DNA of 64,000 nt from a virus: IMG/VR virus record IMGVR_UViG_3300009163_000025, positions 24,349 through 88,348 of that record; one strand, given 5' to 3'. The first letter of the stretch is position 1. The number at the start of each line of letters is the position of its first letter. Position numbers and translations under genes: made by a program. Positions 9,620 to 15,938 of the stretch are shown here, piece by piece. Under the pieces are notes generated by a model, which saw only the letters and a program-made list of their open reading frames with translations, was not told the origin of the DNA and did no database searches.

Positions 9620-9694
9620 TGGTACCTTGTGACAGGATCGAACTGCCGACCTTCTCCGTGTAAAGGAGTTACTCTACCGCTGAGTTAACAAGGC
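9620..9694 (-). tRNA. tRNA-Val(TAC)
   Basis: Loop TT-TAC-AC. Confidence 0.92.
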
Positions 9695-9699
9695 GTTAT

Positions 9700-9773
9700 T
9701 GGTGCCCCTTGACAGAATCGAACTGCCGTAACCTGATTACAAAACAGGCGTAATACCATTATACTAAAGGGGC
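9700..9773 (-). tRNA. tRNA-Thr(TGT)
   Basis: Loop TT-TGT-AA. Confidence 0.9.
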
Positions 9774-9792
9774 TCATACTTTATATATCTAT

Positions 9793-9866
9793 TGGCAGAG
9801 GGTACAAGAATCGAACTTGTGACAACGGAATCAAAATCCGTGGTTATACCATTTAACTAACCCCCA
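9793..9866 (-). tRNA. tRNA-Gln(TTG)
   Basis: Loop TT-TTG-AT. Confidence 0.88.
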
Positions 9867-9871
9867 ACATT

Positions 9872-9961
9872 TGGTGGAAGCGGTGAGATTCGAACTCACG
9901 GACCCTTTCGGATCGACAGTTTTCAAGACTGTTGCCATAAACCTGACTCGACCACGCTTCC
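9872..9961 (-). tRNA. tRNA-Ser(TGA)
   Basis: Long variable arm, loop CT-TGA-AA. Confidence 0.92.
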
Positions 9962-9967
9962 ATTAAT

Positions 9968-10042
9968 TGGCACCCAATGAAGGAATCAAACCTCCAACTC
10001 CTCGTTCGTAGCAAGGTGTGATATTCATTTCACTAATCGGGT
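9968..10042 (-). tRNA. tRNA-Arg(ACG)
   Basis: Loop CT-ACG-AA; T-loop TTTGATT. Confidence 0.85.
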
Positions 10043-10045
10043 AAT

Positions 10046-10128
10046 TGGTGCCCCAAGAGAGACTTGAACTCTCACGCACTAGGCACTGGCTTCTAAGACC
10101 AGCGTGTCTACCATTCCACCATCGGGGC
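10046..10128 (-). tRNA. tRNA-Leu(TAG)
   Basis: Variable arm, loop CT-TAG-AA. Confidence 0.92.
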
Positions 10129-10136
10129 AATATACT

Positions 10137-10210
10137 TGGTACCCAGTAGAGGTATCGATCCTCTGATTAACGCTTATCAAGCGTTTGTTATACCATTTAA
10201 CTAACCGGGC
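10137..10210 (-). tRNA. tRNA-Ile(GAT)
   Basis: Loop TT-GAT-AA; atypical T-loop ATCGATA. Confidence 0.88.
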
Positions 10211-10215
10211 ATATT

Positions 10216-10291
10216 TGGTACCGACTTCAGGTTACGATCCTGATTCTCTGGTTTTTCAAACCAGCGCAATGACCACACTTGCTCAATCGGC
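10216..10291 (-). tRNA. tRNA-Phe(GAA)
   Basis: Loop TT-GAA-AA; atypical T-loop ATCGTAA; 5' end overlaps the upstream CDS. Confidence 0.85.
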
Positions 10292-10867
10292 AGAACCATT
10301 TCCGTTCTTAAATCCTACTACACCACCTTCTTCTTTGATGCGTTTGATAACGTCTTCAAAAAGAATTGGCGTGTAATCTGTTTGTTCTACACATACACAA
10401 TAGTATCTTGGATCGGGAACTGGAACACCATACTTACCTACTGGTTGCATCATCACTCTGTTAGAATGTAGATGCCCATGAATGTTCACACCGAATCTTC
10501 CAAGACTGTCTACGTGAATAGGAATGTGAGAAAGAATCATTCCGTTCATTACATGATAAGCACGTAACTCTCTAAAATATTTTCTATACTCATCATCACG
10601 AAAAATATCGTGATTACCACGAATTAAAACTTTGTCACCATTTAGCCTACTCATAATGCCTAGACTTTTACGATTGATAACAACATCGCCTAGATGATAA
10701 ACTTTATCGTTAGGGCGAACTCTATCATTCCAGCGCCTAACCATTTCTTCATCCATCTCATCTGCATTATCCCATGGACGTAGTTTTGTCACACCATCAT
10801 TACGCATGAATCTACACACACCAGTGTGACCAAAGTGTGTGTCACTAACTAAAAATACTGATGGCAT
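10283..10867 (-). CDS. calcineurin-like metallophosphoesterase
   Basis: SDTHFGH, HLGD, GNHD and HGHLH motifs. Confidence 0.9.
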   Translation of the reverse strand: MPSVFLVSDTHFGHTGVCRFMRNDGVTKLRPWDNADEMDEEMVRRWNDRVRPNDKVYHLGDVVINRKSLGIMSRLNGDKVLIRGNHDIFRDDEYRKYFRELRAYHVMNGMILSHIPIHVDSLGRFGVNIHGHLHSNRVMMQPVGKYGVPVPDPRYYCVCVEQTDYTPILFEDVIKRIKEEGGVVGFKNGNGSAD

Positions 10868-10881
10868 ATATTACTCCTTTG

Positions 10882-10956
10882 TGGGGTGTCTAATGAGGAT
10901 CGAACTCATACGGAGGGAATCACAATCCCTAATGCTACCACTACATCATAGACACC
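10882..10956 (-). tRNA. tRNA-His(GTG)
   Basis: Loop TT-GTG-AT; G-1:C73. Confidence 0.92.
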
Positions 10957-10963
10957 ATAAAAA

Positions 10964-11039
10964 TTGGTAGGGGCACCGAGAATCGAACTCGGATTAATAG
11001 GTTAAAAGCCTACTACTTTAGCCGTTAAGTTATGCCCCC
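10964..11039 (-). tRNA. tRNA-Lys(TTT)
   Basis: Loop CT-TTT-AA. Confidence 0.92.
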
Positions 11040-11043
11040 ATAT

Positions 11044-11118
11044 TGGTGGTTCAGGTTGGATTCGAGCCAACGACCTACTCCGTATGAAGGAGTTGCACTA
11101 CCGCTGTGCTACTGAACC
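11044..11118 (-). tRNA. tRNA-Met(CAT), elongator
   Basis: Loop TT-CAT-AC; paired 1:72. Confidence 0.82.
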
Positions 11119-11121
11119 GAT

Positions 11122-11207
11122 TGGTGGAGAATCAGGGATTCGAACCCCGTATACCTTAAGGTGACAGATTTACAGTCTGCTGAAGTCGCCAATGCTTCTC
11201 ATTCTCC
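11122..11207 (-). tRNA. tRNA-Tyr(GTA)
   Basis: Variable arm, loop CT-GTA-AA. Confidence 0.9.
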
Positions 11208-11213
11208 GTTGTT

Positions 11214-11292
11214 TGGCTCCGAGTAAGAGAATCGAACTCTTCTAACCAGTGATTAACAGTCACGCCCATGCACCTTGCTCGGGTTTCTCGGA
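11214..11292 (-). tRNA. tRNA-Asn(GTT)
   Basis: Loop CT-GTT-AA. Confidence 0.88.
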
Positions 11293-11296
11293 ATAA

Positions 11297-11510
11297 ATGC
11301 TTTCTCTCTGCGGCGGTAATTATAGTACTAATGGACTCTGAGGACGTCTGTTTTACCAGACACTCATACCACGTACCCTCCACCCGCTCCCCGACCAGAG
11401 AAAACTCTCGTATTGCCAACGCTACTTTGGTAAGAGTAGTACCACACTTGAGTAACGAACTCACTTCACTTCCTGCGTGTCACAGTAGCCAGACGTTACT
11501 CCAGCGGGTT
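11297..11510 (-). ncRNA. about 215-nt GC-rich structured RNA of unknown family
   Basis: GC-rich non-tRNA spacer with several nested helices between two tRNAs. Confidence 0.65.
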
Positions 11511-11583
11511 TGGTTGCAGGTAGTGGTAACGCTCCACTCTCGCTATGGCTTATGAGACCATGCGGGTCCTTGACCTACCTGCG
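11511..11583 (-). tRNA. tRNA-fMet(CAT), initiator-like
   Basis: C1xA72 mismatch, loop CT-CAT-AA; atypical T-loop AGCGTTA. Confidence 0.78.
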
Positions 11584-11586
11584 ATA

Positions 11587-12042
11587 TTACTTTATAACTT
11601 GTAGATACTCGTAATTAACTGTATCTTCGTTTTCTCTAAACACTATTGCACCATTACGTGTATGAAACCTTTTGGCTAAATCAGTCTTTGGTGATAGTGT
11701 CACAAATCGTTTAATGTCTGGATTGTTTTCTTTGATAGATTTTACCGCTTCAAATATCAATGTGCGACCTGCTCCTGGTGCGTAACTCCATATCGTATAG
11801 AATACAGCAACATCTGGCGTATCACAAATCTCAAACAACTCAGATTCTTTTGTTGGAATCATGTTTTGATAACTAACACATGTCATTGCTTTCACTTCAT
11901 CTTGTTCATTGCGGAACACAAAGATATCTCTGTTCTTTCCGATTCTATCAACGTGAGGAATGTTTGGGCGAACTGGATCGTCAATCAAAAATTCAAAAAA
12001 CTTATCAGTCAATTCTTTTATAGTACGTATCATATTATTCAT
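11587..12042 (-). CDS. GNAT-like (acetyltransferase-fold) protein
   Basis: FYTIWSYAPGAGRTLI and AKRFHTRNGA resemble GNAT motifs A and B. Confidence 0.6.
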   Translation of the reverse strand: MNNMIRTIKELTDKFFEFLIDDPVRPNIPHVDRIGKNRDIFVFRNEQDEVKAMTCVSYQNMIPTKESELFEICDTPDVAVFYTIWSYAPGAGRTLIFEAVKSIKENNPDIKRFVTLSPKTDLAKRFHTRNGAIVFRENEDTVNYEYLQVIK

Positions 12043-12066
12043 TTCTTAAAATTATAAATCGTCATA

Positions 12067-12074
12067 TATTTATA
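12067..12074 (-). promoter_or_regulatory. T4-type late promoter TATAAATA inside the tRNA array
   Basis: Exact consensus in an intergenic gap. Confidence 0.6.
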
Positions 12075-12081
12075 TAAAATC

Positions 12082-12157
12082 TGGCGGTCTTAGGGGGTAA
12101 CGATCCCCACTCTTATGGCGTGACAAGCCATCGTGCGTCCATGAACACTTTAAGACC
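12082..12157 (-). tRNA. tRNA-Asp(GTC)
   Basis: Loop TT-GTC-AC; atypical T-loop ATCGTTA. Confidence 0.88.
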
Positions 12158-12162
12158 AATCT

Positions 12163-12250
12163 TGGCGGAGAGTATCAGATTCGAACTGATGCATCGCTTT
12201 CGCAATGACGGTTTAGCAAACCGCTGGTTTAACCACTCACCCAACTCTCC
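12163..12250 (-). tRNA. tRNA-Ser(GCT)
   Basis: Long variable arm, loop TT-GCT-AA. Confidence 0.92.
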
Positions 12251-12256
12251 TTTGTT

Positions 12257-12333
12257 TGGAATAGGTGACAGGACTCGAACCTGCATGAAACGGATTTGCA
12301 ATCCGTAGCCTAACCATTCGGCGACACACCTAC
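12257..12333 (-). tRNA. tRNA-Cys(GCA)
   Basis: Loop TT-GCA-AA, U73. Confidence 0.9.
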
Positions 12334-12344
12334 GTATCTAATTC

Positions 12345-12472
12345 TACCATTTGTTTTGCTGACGCACTATTTGCAAAGCCTCAACGGAATTGGTGGCCAC
12401 ACTACCGTTTATTGACAGAGTTACTCAAGGTTGACGTTTACCTCATGGCTTACGTCAGCAAAACAAATGGTA
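12345..12472 (-). ncRNA. about 128-nt structured RNA closed by a perfect 20-bp stem
   Basis: 12345-12364 and 12453-12472 are perfect inverted repeats; internal hairpins present. Confidence 0.65.
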
Positions 12473-12542
12473 CTCGGTAGGGGAATCGAACCCCTCTTTC
12501 CGGCGTGAAAGGCCAGCGTCCTAACCGATAGACGAACCGAGC
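12468..12542 (-). tRNA. tRNA-Glu(TTC)
   Basis: Loop CT-TTC-AC; first tRNA of the array. Confidence 0.93.
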
Positions 12543-12554
12543 ATTTGACAGGCA

Positions 12555-12569
12555 AATTGTTAAAGAACA
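12555..12569 (-). promoter_or_regulatory. rrn-type boxA antitermination element
   Basis: TGTTCTTTAACAATT versus E. coli rrn boxA TGCTCTTTAACAATT, one mismatch. Confidence 0.8.
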
Positions 12570-12597
12570 TTTGATTGATTTCTCAATCTATGAATAG

Positions 12598-12626
12598 AGT
12601 ATAACACGATACGCTATCCATGTCAA
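12598..12626 (-). promoter_or_regulatory. sigma70 promoter of the tRNA array
   Basis: TTGACA-N17-TATACT. Confidence 0.8.
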
Positions 12627-12661
12627 CAATATTTTTTGGTACTGTTGTTTTTTGTAAACAC

Positions 12662-12694
12662 AAATAAAAATCCCCTAGTTTTTTAGGCTAGGGG
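12662..12694 (-). terminator. intrinsic terminator of the putative attenuator
   Basis: CCCCTAG-N9-CTAGGGG followed by ATTTTTATTT. Confidence 0.8.
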
Positions 12695-12740
12695 GCTTTT
12701 GTTTGCATTTAAGGTTTTTGGTCCTCAGGTGCAAGCCCCC
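12691..12740 (-). promoter_or_regulatory. antiterminator hairpin, mutually exclusive with the terminator
   Basis: GGGGGCTT (12740-12733) pairs with AAGCCCCC (12698-12691); inner GCA/TGC and TGAGG/CCTTA helices. Confidence 0.72.
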
Positions 12741-12838
12741 ATTCCAGGTGTGTGGCAATCGGCAATCTCAAAGCGAGAATTACCCTGCCAACTTGATGGC
12801 ATATAATTCGTCTTTGACTGTACCGATAATAGTTTCAT
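12725..12838 (-). CDS. putative attenuator leader peptide containing all 20 amino acids (37 aa)
   Basis: MKLLSVQSKTNYMPSSWQGNSRFEIADCHTPGMGACT; TAATG overlap with the upstream gene; last codons form the antiterminator 5' arm. Confidence 0.75.
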   Translation of the reverse strand: MKLLSVQSKTNYMPSSWQGNSRFEIADCHTPGMGACT

Positions 12839-13116
12839 TAAATTTTCTCTTTAGTAAAAATGTCTGACCACGTTTGTAATTTCTTACGTTTGTTTTGTGA
12901 AGCCTGTTCTACTTCATCAATGTTGATGATTTTATTTTCAATCATCAATTGAATCATGCAAAACAAATCTCCAACTTCTTCTGTTAACCTTTGCCGATTG
13001 GTGCGATCCAAATGAACTGCATCAATGCCAAATCGAAAAACTTTGCTAATCGCTTGTGTCACTTCCGCACATTCTTCCTGTGCAATCAGCAATACTTCTT
13101 TTTCGACCTCATTCAT
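12838..13116 (-). CDS. MazG-like NTP pyrophosphohydrolase
   Basis: QEECAEV...EEVGDL motifs. Confidence 0.8.
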   Translation of the reverse strand: MNEVEKEVLLIAQEECAEVTQAISKVFRFGIDAVHLDRTNRQRLTEEVGDLFCMIQLMIENKIINIDEVEQASQNKRKKLQTWSDIFTKEKI

Positions 13117-13133
13117 TATATATCCTTTTTCTT

Positions 13134-13421
13134 TCAATTATACACTTGTTCGAGCAAATTGTCAAGAACTTTTTTTGTTTCTTTGCTTGTCGCACCATAA
13201 ATCTTAAATTGATCTGCTAGTGACATTACGCCTTGAACTAACATTTCTTTCGGCTCGCCTTTATTGTATTCATACATCACTCGCTTATTCAAGAATGACG
13301 CAACCTTTTCAATTACGATTCTTGGAAACTCATCTGTTTTTAAATTCCATTGATTAGCACTCAAATCAACACTAATGTTTGTTCGAATCGCAATATTTGG
13401 ATGCGGTTTATTGATATTCAT
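13134..13421 (-). CDS. hypothetical protein
   Basis: ORF in operon. Confidence 0.65.
   Translation of the reverse strand: MNINKPHPNIAIRTNISVDLSANQWNLKTDEFPRIVIEKVASFLNKRVMYEYNKGEPKEMLVQGVMSLADQFKIYGATSKETKKVLDNLLEQVYN
13137..13165 (-). promoter_or_regulatory. consensus sigma70 promoter for the mazG-leader transcript
   Basis: TTGACA-N17-TATAAT. Confidence 0.8.
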
Positions 13422-13762
13422 TCTACAAATTTCCTTACAAGAAAACGTTTTACATCATAACACTTTTTAAAATATACTGAAGATCGTTTGTTATTAATTG
13501 ACAACTTCACTTCAATATTCTTCGGTGATTTCACAACAACTGCACCATAACAATTTTTGTTCAACCCAAATGGTATCACATAACCATCACCTCTGTCAAG
13601 TTTTTTCTTTGCATATCCGTTTGCGCCTTTGATCTTATCCAAAGCACCAAAACGAATTGTGTCCAAAACTTCTACGGCAATAGATTGTCTCGGACCCATG
13701 CCTTCAATATACATATTGTTCCTTGTGCTTTGGTTCTCTCTTACGTTTGTCTTCAACCACAC
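13418..13762 (-). CDS. hypothetical protein (true start probably internal)
   Basis: ORF in operon. Confidence 0.6.
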   Translation of the reverse strand: MWLKTNVRENQSTRNNMYIEGMGPRQSIAVEVLDTIRFGALDKIKGANGYAKKKLDRGDGYVIPFGLNKNCYGAVVVKSPKNIEVKLSINNKRSSVYFKKCYDVKRFLVRKFVE

Positions 13763-13818
13763 GCATACGATACTTAGGGCTACGCAAGTCCTTTGCTACC
13801 ATATTACGTGGCTTTGAT

Positions 13819-14052
13819 CTACAAACTTTCACCGTAATCACCATAGTCCTCATTTGTTCCCATTCCTGCTGAAGCCATAGCGGAATCAAAATCTCCGTCC
13901 ATGCTTTCATTATACTCTACATCCATAAAACTTGCAACAAAATCATCTACCAATTCTACTGGTATACTAAGCATTGTTGCAATCGTGAATTCATTGTATC
14001 CTTGTGTATACAATTGTTCAATCTCCATAGCCAACTCGCTCATCCTACTCAT
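13819..14052 (-). CDS. hypothetical acidic protein
   Basis: SMDGDFDSAMASAGMGTNEDYG tail, common in T4-like early proteins. Confidence 0.65.
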   Translation of the reverse strand: MSRMSELAMEIEQLYTQGYNEFTIATMLSIPVELVDDFVASFMDVEYNESMDGDFDSAMASAGMGTNEDYGDYGESL

Positions 14053-14393
14053 GCTAGTTCCTTTTGTTTATCCAAAACTTCCTGATACGTCATTGTGGGT
14101 TCTTTGCTAGTGATAGCACCATCAAACTGTAACTGAGACCTCTCAAACCATGAAAGGTAATCATCACTTTCCATAGACCAATCAGTCATGTACTCGCTGG
14201 AATAATCTGTATCTGTTTCAATGCCAGTCAAGGTGAACTTCACAAACTCATTATAGTCTATGTTAAGCGGAACGTCAAGTATCTTATACTCGGAACCGCC
14301 TTTTGCTTTCCAATACTGAGGACACTCACCCACACCATCCCAATCATGTGCGCCATAATTTTCGTGGTACTGAGTGCGGATAACTATCATCAT
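14049..14393 (-). CDS. conserved phage hypothetical protein
   Basis: TQYHENYGAHDWDG..CPQYWKAKGG motif. Confidence 0.75.
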   Translation of the reverse strand: MMIVIRTQYHENYGAHDWDGVGECPQYWKAKGGSEYKILDVPLNIDYNEFVKFTLTGIETDTDYSSEYMTDWSMESDDYLSWFERSQLQFDGAITSKEPTMTYQEVLDKQKELA

Positions 14394-14405
14394 ATATTTA
14401 GTCCT

Positions 14406-14600
14406 TTAATAACTTTGGTGTGAATGACCTATTGCGAACAATGGAGCACCATCGTTGTCATCGCCAGCAGGCCGTGGCAAAAAACAATCCGCAAAATCGT
14501 CATAACAATAATAACCAGTCTGTGTCACAACCAACCGAGCATCGGCTGGCAAAGCGGACAAAGCGGCAATCATATCTGCAACATTAATAAAATTAGTCAT
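14406..14600 (-). CDS. hypothetical protein
   Basis: ORF with AGGAG SD. Confidence 0.65.
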   Translation of the reverse strand: MTNFINVADMIAALSALPADARLVVTQTGYYCYDDFADCFLPRPAGDDNDGAPLFAIGHSHQSY

Positions 14601-14601
14601 A

Positions 14602-14874
14602 TTATCTCTCCTTAAAACCTAATTCAAATTCCATCATCAACATTTTGGCAATATTGATATACTGCCTTGCATCATTCAACGCACGTTCACTACCCGACTG
14701 CATCACTTCCTGTGCATCAGAAAGGTAACTTGCAATCACCATACCAGGACCAGAAAATTTGAAACTGATTGAATCCGTAACGGACTCAAGAATTTCGGAT
14801 TTCTTAGCACCGTATGCTTGGATTTCCCAGAGGGTTTGTTCGTTTGCTGTTCTCATTTCAATGTCCTTTATCAA
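14602..14874 (-). CDS. hypothetical protein
   Basis: ORF directly after a promoter; LSDAQE motif. Confidence 0.65.
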   Translation of the reverse strand: MIKDIEMRTANEQTLWEIQAYGAKKSEILESVTDSISFKFSGPGMVIASYLSDAQEVMQSGSERALNDARQYINIAKMLMMEFELGFKER

Positions 14875-14887
14875 CTCAACAGAATTA

Positions 14888-14948
14888 ATTATACACGGTT
14901 CGGAGGGTAAGTCAACAACTATTTTTGATAGTGTTGTTATTCTGCAAC
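14888..14948 (-). promoter_or_regulatory. early promoter plus GTTG-N8-CAAC box
   Basis: TTGACT-N16-TATAAT; box at 14933-14948. Confidence 0.8.
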
Positions 14949-15119
14949 AGTTGCAAACATCTTGCGGCCGTCAACCATGAACCGCTCGAATGCTTCCATA
15001 GTCTTTTCAGAGTAAACCATCTTACCTTCACGTTGGATATCTTGCAACAACTCCAAGAAACCCAAGCCTAAAAATTCACGTTCTTTATTCAGAATACCAA
15101 TTGCTGTTTCGATTTTCAT
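14937..15119 (-). CDS. hypothetical protein
   Basis: ORF with AAGGA SD. Confidence 0.65.
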   Translation of the reverse strand: MKIETAIGILNKEREFLGLGFLELLQDIQREGKMVYSEKTMEAFERFMVDGRKMFATVAE

Positions 15120-15128
15120 TTTATTTCC

Positions 15129-15308
15129 TTAATCAAAAAAGTTGCCAGACTGACACGAAAATGCATTCTGGCCAGCATCAAACCAAGCCATAGGATGCAA
15201 ATCTAATTTATCAATCACTTGACGATTGCACATTTCCATCGCATTCAGTTTAGACTCTGCGGTGAATTCATAAACATCTTTACCAACATAAAATTTGTAT
15301 GTAATCAT
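15129..15308 (-). CDS. hypothetical protein
   Basis: Start placed at MITYKFY, just after the upstream stop. Confidence 0.55.
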   Translation of the reverse strand: MITYKFYVGKDVYEFTAESKLNAMEMCNRQVIDKLDLHPMAWFDAGQNAFSCQSGNFFD

Positions 15309-15309
15309 A

Positions 15310-15546
15310 TTAAGCACCATAAAAGTCAGAAGTAAAACCACAAGTATTGTAGACACATTCCCGAACATCTGTGTCCATTGCTTCACCAAATTTGCTGTAA
15401 TCATTTTTGGCTAACATGTTGAGACACTTGTAAGTTTCTGGCCATGTCAGGTTCATTGTTACTGCGGCAACAACAACACCATGAACGGCTAAGTTACCAA
15501 CTTCGCTAAACATTCCGTAAGAGATATCATGTGATAATGTAGTCAT
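15310..15546 (-). CDS. conserved phage hypothetical protein
   Basis: YGMFSEVGN...EAMDTDVRE motif. Confidence 0.7.
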   Translation of the reverse strand: MTTLSHDISYGMFSEVGNLAVHGVVVAAVTMNLTWPETYKCLNMLAKNDYSKFGEAMDTDVRECVYNTCGFTSDFYGA

Positions 15547-15555
15547 TTTATTTCC

Positions 15556-15825
15556 TTAAATCAAATCAACTTGAACTTGCGTACCAACTTGCGAGGTATT
15601 GTAACTTGTCATACCAACACCAGTGGGAACCAACGCACCATCTTTTTGTGCCATGTAACGCATGTAAGACAAACGCAACAGAGCATCATTGGCCGCTTGT
15701 GAATGAGTGTATGTAGCAAACACACTAGACACACCAGCAACGGTGGTGTAGACACCAATTCCGTCAAACATCACACGAATTTTCTGTGAATTTTTGAAGC
15801 CTTGGATGTAGGTTTTAGTACGCAT
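15556..15825 (-). CDS. hypothetical protein
   Basis: ORF after promoter, AAGGA SD. Confidence 0.7.
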   Translation of the reverse strand: MRTKTYIQGFKNSQKIRVMFDGIGVYTTVAGVSSVFATYTHSQAANDALLRLSYMRYMAQKDGALVPTGVGMTSYNTSQVGTQVQVDLI

Positions 15826-15862
15826 TTCAAATTTCCTTTTCTTTTCTCAATCTCTAGACTCT

Positions 15863-15923
15863 AGTATACCACAATGGGTACATATGTCAACAACTATTTT
15901 CAATTCTGTTGTTTTTATGCAAC
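15863..15923 (-). promoter_or_regulatory. early promoter plus GTTG-N8-CAAC box
   Basis: TTGACA-N16-TATACT with extended TG; box at 15908-15923. Confidence 0.8.
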
Positions 15924-15938
15924 TGAATACTTTGGTAT

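Noticed and set aside
11297-11510. RNase P RNA or tmRNA
   Set aside because: Lacks the GAGGAAAGTCC RNase P core and has no tRNA-Ala-like ends or tag reading frame.
11156-11555. ORFs 11156-11464 (-) and 11268-11555 (+), and other short ORFs over tRNAs
   Set aside because: They overlap clear tRNA genes and the structured RNA; GC-rich sequence stays open by chance.
12345-12472. Retron msr-msd or MITE
   Set aside because: No reverse transcriptase or transposase in the window, only one copy, and no target-site duplication seen.
5256-12542. Stop-codon reassignment or suppressor tRNAs
   Set aside because: No CTA, TTA or TCA anticodons, and core genes are full length under the standard bacterial code.
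13704-13910. 68-aa ORF overlapping both neighbours
   Set aside because: Its C-terminal half may be a real short gene (PRNMVAKDL motif), but the start could not be fixed, so it is not listed as a feature.
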